Source: Ginsengibacter sp. (GTDB lineage Bacteria > Bacteroidota > Bacteroidia > Chitinophagales > Chitinophagaceae). From it: a stretch of 49,388 bases of DNA. Location of the stretch: positions 1 through 49,388 of the forward strand of contig JBDSBN010000376.1 of the NCBI GenBank assembly GCA_039921585.1. Direction: 5' to 3'. The notes below the pieces were generated by a model, which saw only the letters and a list, made by a program, of their open reading frames with translations, was not told where the DNA came from and made no database searches. Of the stretch, positions 1 to 10,524 are shown piece after piece (the first letter of the stretch is position 1; the number at the start of each line of letters is the position of its first letter). A program made the position numbers and the translations under genes.

Positions 1-178
1 CATAAGCAAACTTAATGTCTGGCTTTATATTACTAAGAAGGTATTTGAATGATTTCCCAACAAATTCTTCCTTATTTGTCATTAATTTTTTAGAATCCTG
101 AATTGACTTCACTAATTGAGCGTTACACGAGCTAACTAAAAATAAAAGTGTAATCAATAATGCTATAGTATTTTTCAT
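1..178 (-). CDS. Putative lipoprotein, runs off the window edge; candidate immunity protein
   Basis: Manual translation from ATG at 178: MKNTIALLITLLFLVSSC-NAQLVKSIQDSKKLMTNKEEFVGKSFKYLL..., open to the edge. Lipobox-like LVSSC. Starts 14 nt after the stop at 193. Confidence 0.75.
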   Translation of the reverse strand, partial: MKNTIALLITLLFLVSSCNAQLVKSIQDSKKLMTNKEEFVGKSFKYLLSNIKPDIKFAY

Positions 179-192
179 TTTAAATCTTTTAT

Positions 193-1563
193 TTATAAAC
201 AATCATTTTTTTGAAACGTTTTAATCCCATATTGATTTGGAGGACCTTCCTTCGCATTTTGTCTTTTGAATTTCCCTTCAGAATTTTCCTTTAAAAGTGC
301 GATACCACAATTGTATTTTTCTAAAATATAAGAGATTGAAATTTCTTTACTAGCATTAGATTCTTGTACCATTTGTCGAATTTCATTATCTATGATTTCA
401 GGGAAATCAGGCTCAAATGTTGTTCCCTCTGGTGCTGGCACTCTTGGATATTCAAGATTAAAATCTATTGCTTTCTGCAAATTTGTGATGACTAATGCAT
501 ATACTGTTCCATTTGGTAAGGTTATAAATCTTTGATAATCGGGATTATTTTTAGCTAAATCAATAAAGCCATAAATATCTCCACTTGATGGTGGGATGTT
601 AGTGGGATGGTTGTGTAAATCAGCAAATCTATTCTGAATAGTAGGAACTGTTGCGCTGTTGTCCCCTCCCTGCACTATATTGGAAGTGATAATATTCCCG
701 GAAGCGTCTTTACCAAAGGCAACACTATGTTCTCCGCCAAACTGGTTATATGCATTTCTAATCTCATTCAATTTGGTATTAAACTTTGTCGTTTTTGAAA
801 GTGCTGTGGCGTTTTCGGAGGCGTCTTTTGCTTCTGCACATGGATCGGGCTGTGGATCAGGATCAGGTGAAGGCGCATCGCCACCTCCACCTCCACCTCC
901 CCAATCGCCATCATCAATTTTTTCCTCGTTCCTATCGCCTGTGCAAAAAATATAATAGGATGTATGAGAGTATGTTACACATTCGACGTCACCCCAACAA
1001 TAAACACTGTATTCAGTGAATGAAAAAGTGGAGCATGATGAACGCTGAACAGATTTGTTTTCAGCAATAACCTTCGGTTCTTCGTCATTTCTAACCCGTT
1101 TTACCCGAATAAAACTTTTGTCCATTTCTCTCTTTACCCAAAGTCTTTTCTTTTCTCAGTTTAGAAGAAAGTAACTCAGAATTGTCACTTCATTTTTATT
1201 CCCATTTTCATCCTGAATGATTTGGCCGGAAGACGTAGATAGTATAGCAGCCTCAAGTTCTTCATTTGGCAAATTCCGGAAAACCATACTGAATTGTGAA
1301 CTTCCTGAAGATTCTTTAAAATGAATGTCAGGATTTTGATTAAATAAAAAGGGAACTTCTAAGTATGCTCTTCCATTATAATCATAATTTTTACTTTTGC
1401 TCCAATCTAATTTTCCGGAAATTACGTTTTTATCATCTGTTCTAATATATATATCGCCATTTTTAAACGATAAACCATTCTTATTTAGCCAGACTTTATA
1501 TTCTATATTCCGGGAATTTTCTATTGTTTCCGGATCATTCAGATCGCTTTGAAGTTTTTCCGT
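193..1563 (-). pseudogene. Polymorphic-toxin-like gene with Gly/Pro linker and C-terminal JAB/MPN-like domain, interrupted by an in-frame TGA and lacking an intact start
   Basis: ORF 193..1125 has a G8 run, a PDPDPQPDPC linker and E...HNHPTNIPPSSGD (JAMM-like HxH-x6-S-x2-D). The same frame stays open for 135 codons (1159..1563) upstream of a single TGA at 1156-1158. Confidence 0.6.
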
Positions 1564-1635
1564 TCAACGAATATAATCGAAATGTTAATAAAAAGAAAAG
1601 ATCTTGTGAATTATATTATTCTTTTTCAACAGATT

Positions 1636-1683
1636 AAAAAAAATGCTGCCATCCAAAACTTTGTTTTGGATGGCAGCATTTTT
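1636..1683. terminator. Intrinsic terminator, 21-bp perfect stem, downstream of the S9 peptidase gene
   Basis: AAAAATGCTGCCATCCAAAAC-TTT-GTTTTGGATGGCAGCATTTTT with A/T tracts on both sides. Confidence 0.85.
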
Positions 1684-1747
1684 CCTTTGCGAATCCCAAT
1701 ATCTTTTATAATTAAGTTTTTCTGGCTTTACCTACCGCCTACGTACC

Positions 1748-3928
1748 CTACTTCAACAGTCCAGCATGAACTTCCTTCTCCAACAAATTCTTATAAATGA
1801 ATTTCGTTTTCAGGTTAGCAAAGTGTAGACCTTTATTTCCACCCCAGCCATGACGGCCATCAGGGTAAATCATGAACTCAAAATCCTTTTTTGCATCCTG
1901 TAGTTTACCGGCCAATTGAAGGCTATTCTGTTCATGCACATTATCATCCATTTCACAATGTACTAATAATAATCCACCTTTGTATTTATCTATCCAGGTA
2001 AACACAGAGCTGGATTTATATCCTTCGGGATTATTTTGTTGTGTACCCATAAATTTTTCTGTGTAATGAGTGTCATATAAATGCCAGTCTGTAACAGAAC
2101 CTCCCGCCATACCGTATTTAAATACATCTGAACCATACGTGACCGCATAAGCGCTTAGGTAACCTCCATAGCTAAATCCCGTAATGCAAATCTTTGCCGG
2201 ATCTGCCTGGTTGTTTTTAATAAGATGATTTACGATCGTGGTATAATCCTTCATTTCCCAATACCCCAGATTGCGGTGCATATAATCTACTCCCTGCTTT
2301 CCAAAATGACCACTAGCCCGGTGATCCATTGCTATTTGAATCACTCCTTCTTTTGCATACCATTCTTTGTTGGCATTAAAACTCCAATTGTCCCAAACTG
2401 TCCCCGCATCAGGACCTCCATAGATACTAATTAATACCGGGTATTTTTTATTCGGGTCCATATTGGTAGGCCAGGTAACCATAGCCGGAAGTTCGAATTT
2501 ACCATCATCACTTTTTACACGGATCAGCTCCGTTTTAGCTAGGTTATAATCATCAAATTCACTCCCTTTGCTATCACCTAAATCAGCTAATCGTTTACCG
2601 GTATTATCCAGTAAAGTCATTTTTGTAGGAGTGTTTGCATTGCTATAAGTAGTTATAAAATATTTGGCATTTGGCGATAAACGGATACGATGATTATAAT
2701 CTCCGAAAGTGAGACGCTTCATATTTTTGCCGTTTAATCCCACACGATAAAAATCTGTGCGGGCGGTGTTTTCCAAACTGCGCGCAGAAAAATAAACAAC
2801 ATTATTTTTTTGATCAATAAAATCGATGTTCGTTACAGTGAAGTTTCCGGAGGTGATGGGATTGATCAACTTTCCGTTTTTATCATAATAATACATATGC
2901 TTCCAGCCTGTCTTATCACTCGTTACTAAAATATTTCCATTGTCTAAAAAAGTCATTCTCCCCAGATCATTCATATCCACCCAGGTCTTTTGCTTTTCTT
3001 CGTAAAAGAGTTTTTTAGAACCAGTGTTCATATTCACATCATAGATCTTAAAATCATTTTGATCACGATTGACCCAAAGAGCTAATAAAGATCCATCCTG
3101 CTTCCAGTAGGGCATTCCAAAATATTGGTCATCTTTTTCATTGAAATCCGCCCAAACTATGCGGGCATCATCCAAATGAGCGATTCCCACTTTTACTTCC
3201 GGATTTTTATCGCCGGCCTTTGGATATCGCAAGCTTTCTACCACACCATGTTGCGTTCTGGCAGCTACTAATGTAAATACCGGCACCGGGCTGTCATCGG
3301 TTCTGAAAAAGGCAATTTTTTTACTGTCCGGGCTCCACCAAAACGCACGGTAGCGTGAAGGTCTTCCTAAAATTTCCTCCATATAAACCCAACTGGCATA
3401 CCCGTTCATCAGAGAATCATTTCCGTCGAACGTGAATCGTGTTTCTTTTTTTGTAGCGATGTGGACAGCATAAAGGTCATTGTTTTTTGTATAGGCAACG
3501 TAATTGCTATCGGGTGAAAAAGTAGGATTTACTTCTTCTGCATCATCATTGGTGAGGCGCACTTCCGGATTGCTCCCGTTTTTAAAATAGAGATCATTAT
3601 TCTTTAAAATGACGGATTTTCCACCAATATTGGTGGCTCCTCTTGAAGGTCTTGTGGTTCCTTTGTATGGAATTTCCTTCCGGGTTTTAAAATCAAATAG
3701 AAGTTGTTTGGAGGAAGAATCCCGGTGTTCTTTTTTTAAGAGGATCAGCGTGCCGTCATCTTCCCAGGATATAACCGAAGGAAGACTCGTTACAATTTCC
3801 GGCATTTTATTTTCCAGTAATTGTTGGTCGGTGAAATTTTTCTTTTGTGCATAAGTAGTTCCTGCCAGGAGGAATAGAGCCATAAATAATACAAGTCTGC
3901 CATTACGCAGAAACAATGATCGAAGCAT
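1748..3928 (-). CDS. S9B family dipeptidyl peptidase IV-like serine peptidase
   Basis: Signal peptide, DPPIV N-terminal motifs (WVYMEE, WWSPDS, YPKAG), nucleophile GFSYGG, DDNVH, catalytic His in YPDGRH. ATG at 3928 preferred over TTG at 3958. Confidence 0.93.
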   Translation of the reverse strand: MLRSLFLRNGRLVLFMALFLLAGTTYAQKKNFTDQQLLENKMPEIVTSLPSVISWEDDGTLILLKKEHRDSSSKQLLFDFKTRKEIPYKGTTRPSRGATNIGGKSVILKNNDLYFKNGSNPEVRLTNDDAEEVNPTFSPDSNYVAYTKNNDLYAVHIATKKETRFTFDGNDSLMNGYASWVYMEEILGRPSRYRAFWWSPDSKKIAFFRTDDSPVPVFTLVAARTQHGVVESLRYPKAGDKNPEVKVGIAHLDDARIVWADFNEKDDQYFGMPYWKQDGSLLALWVNRDQNDFKIYDVNMNTGSKKLFYEEKQKTWVDMNDLGRMTFLDNGNILVTSDKTGWKHMYYYDKNGKLINPITSGNFTVTNIDFIDQKNNVVYFSARSLENTARTDFYRVGLNGKNMKRLTFGDYNHRIRLSPNAKYFITTYSNANTPTKMTLLDNTGKRLADLGDSKGSEFDDYNLAKTELIRVKSDDGKFELPAMVTWPTNMDPNKKYPVLISIYGGPDAGTVWDNWSFNANKEWYAKEGVIQIAMDHRASGHFGKQGVDYMHRNLGYWEMKDYTTIVNHLIKNNQADPAKICITGFSYGGYLSAYAVTYGSDVFKYGMAGGSVTDWHLYDTHYTEKFMGTQQNNPEGYKSSSVFTWIDKYKGGLLLVHCEMDDNVHEQNSLQLAGKLQDAKKDFEFMIYPDGRHGWGGNKGLHFANLKTKFIYKNLLEKEVHAGLLK

Positions 3929-4407
3929 AATTGAGTGATTTTTTTTTGAGGTGCACAAGTTAATATATTGCTGTTGATTTTGTGCAGGCCATTATACAAA
4001 TGGATCATTGTGGTTATTTTAATTTTCAATTAAATCCAATTCCTAATCACCTTTGGTTAGTAATAATCATATAAAATGGAACGTTCATAAAAGCTTATTG
4101 ATTATTTGAGCTATTTTCATTGTGAAATCGGGTTATGTAAATACTTAATTTTGGTCATGTTTACATATTGATATCCTATTAATTGTAGCTGAAATATAAT
4201 TTCTGATAAATTTCAAGGGTTAACCAGGATTTGAAAAACAGCTGACTCAATGATTGTTTTCAAGTAGTCAATATTTCTTTTAAAGATTTTCTTAAATCTG
4301 TCCCGGATTTCTCACAGTACATAATCCTTAAAACATATTTGACAACCTAATTCAACAGGAATTCCCAAATTTTTACGATAGTTTTTTTAATTACTCTCTC
4401 AAACCCC

Positions 4408-4415
4408 TATCTTTG
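4408..4415 (+). promoter_or_regulatory. Bacteroidota sigma-A -7 element for atpB
   Basis: TATCTTTG matches TAnnTTTG, 20 nt before the atpB ATG. Confidence 0.65.
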
Positions 4416-4435
4416 CGCAAAATTTTAGGGGAATT

Positions 4436-5533
4436 ATGTTCTGCAAAAGTGTGAAATCCTTACTGGTAGCTGTTTTTAGCCTTGTCTTATTCATGTCGTC
4501 CGGGACTGTGTCCGCACAGGATGTCGGAACTGCCCATGAAGAGAAGGCGGAAGCGTTTGATCCAACCAAAGTAATTTTGAGCCATATCCAGGATGGATAT
4601 GAATTTCATTTCTTTAGTATTGGCAATATTGATGCTGTCATACATCTGCCAATAATAATATATTCAGCGGACAGAGGTCTCTCTGTATTTTCTTCTTCAA
4701 AGTTTGGACATCATGGAGAGATGGAATACGATGGTTATCGTTTGGAAAACGGAAATACAATCGTTCCGGTAAATGAAGGAGAAACTATTTATGATATCTC
4801 GATCACCCGTAACGTGGCGCAAATGTTATTGGCAATGGCGCTTTTTGTGTTTTTGATGGTCAGTGTGGCGAAGAAATATAAGAAAGGGATCGGCGTTACA
4901 TCAGCTCCAACAGGATTTCAGGGTCTGATAGAACCAATTATTATATTTGTTCGGGAAGATGTGGCGAAGATCAATTTGGGTTCACGCTGGGAGCGGTACA
5001 TGCCATTTTTATTAACAGTTTTCTTTTTTATATTATTTAATACGGTCGTTGCCATGATCCCGGGTTCGGCGAATGTGACCGGGAATATTGCATTTACTGC
5101 AGTTCTTGGTGTGATAGCCCTGATTGTGATTTTAGCAGGAACAAACAAACATTTTTGGCAACATATTTTCTGGCCTCCCGGCGTACCTTTCATGGTAAAG
5201 GTGATTTTAGTACCGGTAGAGTTAGCAGGTGTACTGTTGATCAAGCCAGGAGCTCTGATTATTCGTTTGTTTGCAAACATGGTTGCAGGTCACATCATTA
5301 TTTTAAGTTTCATTTCACTGATATTTATATTAGGAGAAATGACTCCGGCAGCAGGTTGGGTTTTTTCACCAATATCTGTTGCATTTACAGTGTTTATCTA
5401 TTTTATCGAAATTATTGTAGCATTTGTACAAGCATTTATTTTTACCGTTTTAACGGCGGTATTCATCGGACAAGGATTTGAGGGAAGCGATCATGATGTA
5501 CATCCGGGAACGATCGAAGGCGGACTTTTATAA
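4436..5533 (+). CDS. atpB: F0F1 ATP synthase subunit a
   Basis: IRLFANMVAGH with the essential Arg, VAFVQAFIF; N-terminal extension typical of Bacteroidota. Confidence 0.96.
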   Translation: MFCKSVKSLLVAVFSLVLFMSSGTVSAQDVGTAHEEKAEAFDPTKVILSHIQDGYEFHFFSIGNIDAVIHLPIIIYSADRGLSVFSSSKFGHHGEMEYDGYRLENGNTIVPVNEGETIYDISITRNVAQMLLAMALFVFLMVSVAKKYKKGIGVTSAPTGFQGLIEPIIIFVREDVAKINLGSRWERYMPFLLTVFFFILFNTVVAMIPGSANVTGNIAFTAVLGVIALIVILAGTNKHFWQHIFWPPGVPFMVKVILVPVELAGVLLIKPGALIIRLFANMVAGHIIILSFISLIFILGEMTPAAGWVFSPISVAFTVFIYFIEIIVAFVQAFIFTVLTAVFIGQGFEGSDHDVHPGTIEGGLL

Positions 5534-5812
<279 letters not shown>

Positions 5813-5931
5813 TCAGTGCACCAAGTAATTACTGCATATCAAGCAAAGGGCGGCGGATGCAGTATTTTTAAATTGCTTAAATTAAACAGAGCGGAAAAGA
5901 ATCCGCATTGTAAACAATAAAATTTCAACAC

Positions 5932-6426
5932 ATGGAATTATTAGTGCCAAAGTTTGGGATGTTGATCTGGACGCTGATCGCATTTTTGATTGTCTTTTTT
6001 ATTCTGGCAAAATTTGCCTGGAAGCCTATCGTAAAGGCTCTTCAGGATCGTCAGAATAATATCGATGACGCCATTCTTTCTGCCGAAAAAGTTAGGCAGG
6101 AAATGAGTCAGCTTAAAAGCGAGAATGAAGAATTACTTGCTAAAGCCCGCGAAGAAAGAAGTCAGATGATGAGAGACGCTAAAGAGACTCGCGATAAGAT
6201 TATCGCCGAAGCGAAAGAACAGGCTAAAGATGAAATGAATAAAATCGTAGCTGATGCCCAGGCTGTCATTCACCAACAAAAAATGGCCGCAATCACAGAT
6301 TTGAAAAATCAAATTGGAAATCTTGTACTGGAAGTTAGTGAAAAGGTTATTCGCAGAGAATTAGCAAACCAAGGTGAGCAGGAGAAGTATATCAAGGAGC
6401 TTACTCAAAATGTAGAACTGAATTAA
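5932..6426 (+). CDS. atpF: F0F1 ATP synthase subunit b
   Basis: N-terminal TM helix, KFAWKPI motif, long coiled coil; position in operon. Confidence 0.96.
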   Translation: MELLVPKFGMLIWTLIAFLIVFFILAKFAWKPIVKALQDRQNNIDDAILSAEKVRQEMSQLKSENEELLAKAREERSQMMRDAKETRDKIIAEAKEQAKDEMNKIVADAQAVIHQQKMAAITDLKNQIGNLVLEVSEKVIRRELANQGEQEKYIKELTQNVELN

Positions 6427-6436
6427 GAAATAAATT

Positions 6437-7000
6437 ATGAATAATCCACGTTTAGCTCAACGGTATGCCAAAAGTCTGGTTGATATATCTGTAGAAATGA
6501 ACCAATTTGATGCGGTTCATAAGGATATATTATATCTGCAGGAAGTTATGAAAGTGAGCAGTGAGTTTGTGGCGATGCTCAGAAGTCCAATTATTAAAGC
6601 GGATAAAAAGGATAAGATTATCCAGGCGGTTACAAAAGATAAAATATCTAAAATAACGCAAACGTTTCTTTTACTTTTAACAAGAAAAGGAAGAGAATCA
6701 GATTTGCCCGGGATAGTTAAATCATTCATCGAGCAATTCAACAAGATAAAGGGATTGCACAATGCTAAACTAACCACAGCCTCTCCGATCAGTAAAGAAC
6801 TGGTGGAATCATTTGTCCAAAAAATTAAAGCCTCTTCTTCAATTGATCATCTTAACCTGGAAACAAGTGTAGATGATAGCCTTATTGGTGGTTTTGTTTT
6901 GGAAATGGAAGGCAAATTAATCGATGCAAGTATTTTGAGAGATTTGAATGATGTAAAGAAGCAATTTGCTAATAATGATTATATTCATAAATTAAGATAA
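6437..7000 (+). CDS. atpH: F0F1 ATP synthase subunit delta
   Basis: RLAQRYAKSL N-terminus, VDDSLIGGFVL...IDASI C-terminus. Confidence 0.96.
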   Translation: MNNPRLAQRYAKSLVDISVEMNQFDAVHKDILYLQEVMKVSSEFVAMLRSPIIKADKKDKIIQAVTKDKISKITQTFLLLLTRKGRESDLPGIVKSFIEQFNKIKGLHNAKLTTASPISKELVESFVQKIKASSSIDHLNLETSVDDSLIGGFVLEMEGKLIDASILRDLNDVKKQFANNDYIHKLR

Positions 7001-7021
7001 AAGATCAAAAATATTCAATAT

Positions 7022-7059
7022 AAAATGAGCTCAGTCGATTGATTGAGCTCATTTTTTTT
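7022..7059 (+). terminator. Intrinsic terminator after atpH
   Basis: AAAATGAGCTCA-loop-TGAGCTCATTTTTTTT. Confidence 0.8.
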
Positions 7060-7151
7060 GGTCAAAATCGTCATTGTTGTAGCTGTATAATACTCATTAA
7101 AAAAAATAATTGCTAAAAGCTGGTTCTGATTGATTTTATCCGGCATTTACT

Positions 7152-7183
7152 TTTGAATTTTCTCTTTGCTTTCCTTACCTTTG
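7152..7183 (+). promoter_or_regulatory. Sigma-A promoter (-33 TTTG, -7 TAnnTTTG) for atpA
   Basis: TTTG at 7152-7155, 20-nt spacer, TACCTTTG at 7176-7183, ATG at 7207. Confidence 0.75.
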
Positions 7184-7206
7184 CAGCCTTAAAAAAAACA
7201 TTTAAT

Positions 7207-8784
7207 ATGGTTGATATAAAACCTGATGAGATTTCGGCGATATTAAGAAGCCAGCTTAGCAACTTTAATGTGGAAGCTAATCTTGAAGAAATTGGAACTG
7301 TATTGCAAGTGGGTGATGGTATTGCCCGCATTTACGGTTTGCATAATGTTAGCTCCGGTGAGCTGGTAGAATTTGAAAATGGCGTGAAAGCTATTGCCTT
7401 GAACCTGGAGGAAGATAATGTGGGTGTGGTATTGATGGGAGATAACGGCGATATTAAAGAAGGTGCACGAGTAAAACGTACCGGACAGATTGCCTCTATC
7501 AAGGTAGGTGACGGACTAGCAGGTCGTGTTATCAATACTCTTGGAGAACCTATCGATGGAAAAGGACCTATAACAGGTGATTTGTATGAAATGCCTCTGG
7601 AGCGTAAAGCGCCGGGAGTAATTTTCCGTGAGCCGGTTACAGAACCATTACAAACAGGTATTAAAGCAATCGATGCGATGATTCCGGTTGGACGTGGTCA
7701 AAGGGAATTAGTGATCGGAGATCGTCAGACTGGTAAAAGTGCGATTTGTATCGATACCATTATCAATCAAAAAGAATTTTATAAAGCAGGAAATCCTGTG
7801 TATTGCGTATATGTTGCCATTGGTCAGAAAGCTTCTACCATTGCCAACGTGATGAAAGTATTGGAAGAGCATGGTGCAATGGAATATACTACCATCGTTG
7901 CTGCTTCTGCTTCTGAGCCGGCTCCACTTCAGTTTTACGCTCCATTTGCGGGCGCTGCAATCGGGGAGTTTTTCCGCGATACCGGTCGTCATGCTTTAAT
8001 CGTATACGATGATTTAAGTAAGCAGGCTGTAGCCTACCGTGAAGTTTCTCTTCTTTTGAGAAGACCTCCGGGACGTGAAGCATATCCTGGTGATGTGTTC
8101 TATCTGCATAGCCGTTTGTTAGAAAGAGCTGCCAAGATCATCTCTAAAGATGAAATTGCACAGAAGATGAATGATCTTCCTCAAAATATTAAGCATCTTG
8201 TAAAAGGTGGCGGTTCATTAACTGCTTTGCCAATAATTGAAACTCAGGCAGGTGACGTATCTGCTTATATTCCTACGAATGTGATCTCCATTACAGATGG
8301 ACAGATATTCCTGGAAGGAACTCTCTTTAACGCAGGTATCAGACCGGCGATTAACGTGGGTATTTCGGTAAGTCGTGTAGGTTGTAATGCGCAGATTAAA
8401 TCGATGAAGAAAGTAGCAGGTACATTAAAATTGGAGCAGGCATCCTACCGTGAGTTGGAAGCGTTCTCTAAATTTGGTGGTGACCTTGATGCTGCTACAA
8501 AAGCGATTATCGATAAAGGTGCCCGTAACGTGGAAATCCTTAAGCAGCCTCAGTTTACACCATATTCCGTTGAGAAACAAATTGCCATTATTTACCTTGG
8601 TACATTTGGTTTGATCTCTTCTATTCCTGTAAAAAATGTACAGGCTTTTGAAGAGCAGTTCTTATTAGAAATGGGTAATCGTTTACCAGACGTTCTTGCT
8701 GATTTTAAAGCAGGGAAACTTCCTGAACATGGAATTAAGAAAATGACCGAACTGGCGGAAGAAATTTCGCATCAGTTTAAATAA
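7207..8784 (+). CDS. atpA: F0F1 ATP synthase subunit alpha
   Basis: [10 protein letters not shown] start, Walker [34 protein letters not shown]. The TTG at 7153 lies within the promoter and is rejected. Confidence 0.98.
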   Translation: MVDIKPDEISAILRSQLSNFNVEANLEEIGTVLQVGDGIARIYGLHNVSSGELVEFENGVKAIALNLEEDNVGVVLMGDNGDIKEGARVKRTGQIASIKVGDGLAGRVINTLGEPIDGKGPITGDLYEMPLERKAPGVIFREPVTEPLQTGIKAIDAMIPVGRGQRELVIGDRQTGKSAICIDTIINQKEFYKAGNPVYCVYVAIGQKASTIANVMKVLEEHGAMEYTTIVAASASEPAPLQFYAPFAGAAIGEFFRDTGRHALIVYDDLSKQAVAYREVSLLLRRPPGREAYPGDVFYLHSRLLERAAKIISKDEIAQKMNDLPQNIKHLVKGGGSLTALPIIETQAGDVSAYIPTNVISITDGQIFLEGTLFNAGIRPAINVGISVSRVGCNAQIKSMKKVAGTLKLEQASYRELEAFSKFGGDLDAATKAIIDKGARNVEILKQPQFTPYSVEKQIAIIYLGTFGLISSIPVKNVQAFEEQFLLEMGNRLPDVLADFKAGKLPEHGIKKMTELAEEISHQFK

Positions 8785-8806
8785 ACATCGTTTATTCTAA
8801 TTTTTT

Positions 8807-8839
8807 AAAAAGGGAGATCCGTAAGGTTCTCCCTTTTTT
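8807..8839 (+). terminator. Intrinsic terminator after atpA
   Basis: AAAAAGGGAGATCC-GTAA-GGTTCTCCCTTTTTT. Confidence 0.8.
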
Positions 8840-8934
8840 CGTTTTTATCATTAGCTATGATTCGAAAAAATGGAGAAATATTCCTCTGATTATAGAATTT
8901 TTAAGTGATTGAGGAAATTTTAAAATTTCATTAA

Positions 8935-8964
8935 AACAGGCAGACTTTTAATGGTCTGCCTGTT
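8935..8964 (-). terminator. Hairpin or terminator downstream of purH
   Basis: AACAGGCAGAC-N8-GTCTGCCTGTT, 11-bp stem 27 nt past the purH stop. Confidence 0.65.
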
Positions 8965-8991
8965 AAAGAATTCTATGAAAACTGATTATTC

Positions 8992-10506
8992 TTAATGCTT
9001 AAAATGCCTCAGGCCTGTCATCACCATGGCCAGGTTGTTTTCTTTGCAATACTCAATGGAATCCTTATCACGGATGGAACCACCCGGCTGTACAAAGGCG
9101 CTGATGCCTGCTTCATGCGCTATTTTTACACAATCATCAAAGGGGAAGAACGCATCGCTTGCTACCACGGCATTTTGAAGATCAAATTCAAATTGGTTGG
9201 CTTTTGCAATAGATTGTCTTAAAGCATCAATGCGGGAAGTTTGTCCGCAACCCTTACCTAAAAGTTGTTTATTCTTAACAATCGCGATCGCATTACTTTT
9301 TAAATGCTTGCAAATCAAATTAGCAAAAATTAAATCATTTTTTTCTTCTTCTGAAGCATTTCTACCTCCTGTGTCATTCCATTCTGTGAAATTGCCCTGA
9401 TCATTATCTTGAATCAACAAACCATTCAGCAAAGACTTGTATTGCTGTTTGGCAGCTGGAAAGTGTTTCAATTTTAAGATGATGCGATTCTTTTTTGCAT
9501 AAAGTAATGGGAGCGCATCATCCTCGAAAGAAGGAGCAATTAAAACTTCAAAAAACAGATCCTTTAATAATTCAGCCGTTGCCTTATCAACCGGGTAATT
9601 AGAAATTAATACACCACCAAATGCGCTTTCAGGATCTCCTGCAAGAGCTGCTGCGAAAGCTTCAGATGTAGAATTTCTTTGTGCTACGCCACATACATTG
9701 GTATGTTTGAAGATGGCAAATGTGTGTTCAGTAGAAGATTGGAATTCACTCATTAATTGCACTGCTGCATCTACATCCACCAGGTTATTGTAGGAAAGTT
9801 CCTTCCCATGGAGTTGTTCAAATATTTCATTGATATCGCCGGTGAAAGAACCTTGCTGATGTGGGTTTTCTCCATAGCGAAGAACTTTCTTTTCTGTGGA
9901 GAAAGGATTGGCAAAACTTGTTTTATTAAAATAATTTGAAATGGCGATATCGTATCTGGCGCAAACGTCAAATGCTTTTCTGGCAAAATCTTTTCGCTCT
10001 TCAAGAGTGGTCTCGGCATTATTTTCAGATAAAATGGTTTCCAATGAAGGGTAATCATTCTTATCGCCGATAACGACAACACTATTAAAATTTTTAGCTG
10101 CTGCCCGAATCATGGACGGTCCGCCTATGTCAATTTTTTCTATAATGGCAGCTTCATCATTGGTAGACTTAACAGTCTCTTCAAATGGATATAAATCTAC
10201 CATCACCAAATCGATTTCAGGAATATTATATTGTTTCATTTCCTGCAGGTCACTTTCTACATCTCTTCTTCCTAAGAATCCACCAAACACAACAGGGTGA
10301 AGGGTTTTAACTCTTCCTCCAAGGATGGATGGATATCCCGTAAGAGATTCCACAGCGATACATGTACCACCATTTTCTTCAATAAATTTTTGTGTCCCGC
10401 CGGTACTATAAATGGTAATACCGTGTTTGGTCAATTGGGAAATAATAGGCTCCAGCCCTTCCTTATTAAAAACGGAAATGAGGGCTGATTTAATTTTCTT
10501 TTGCAT
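8992..10506 (-). CDS. purH: Bifunctional AICAR transformylase / IMP cyclohydrolase
   Basis: ALISV, STGGT, GGRVKTLHP, IDIGGPSMIRAAAKN, LRYGENPHQ, ASDAFFPF, QPGGSIRD, RHFKH. Confidence 0.98.
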   Translation of the reverse strand: MQKKIKSALISVFNKEGLEPIISQLTKHGITIYSTGGTQKFIEENGGTCIAVESLTGYPSILGGRVKTLHPVVFGGFLGRRDVESDLQEMKQYNIPEIDLVMVDLYPFEETVKSTNDEAAIIEKIDIGGPSMIRAAAKNFNSVVVIGDKNDYPSLETILSENNAETTLEERKDFARKAFDVCARYDIAISNYFNKTSFANPFSTEKKVLRYGENPHQQGSFTGDINEIFEQLHGKELSYNNLVDVDAAVQLMSEFQSSTEHTFAIFKHTNVCGVAQRNSTSEAFAAALAGDPESAFGGVLISNYPVDKATAELLKDLFFEVLIAPSFEDDALPLLYAKKNRIILKLKHFPAAKQQYKSLLNGLLIQDNDQGNFTEWNDTGGRNASEEEKNDLIFANLICKHLKSNAIAIVKNKQLLGKGCGQTSRIDALRQSIAKANQFEFDLQNAVVASDAFFPFDDCVKIAHEAGISAFVQPGGSIRDKDSIEYCKENNLAMVMTGLRHFKH

Positions 10507-10524
10507 GTTATATGTTGGGGAGTT

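Noticed and set aside
842-903. Short tandem repeats (CCACCT)n and GGATCA-like units
   Set aside because: They simply encode the Gly run and Pro-Asp linker of the toxin-like ORF; not a CRISPR array or independent repeat.
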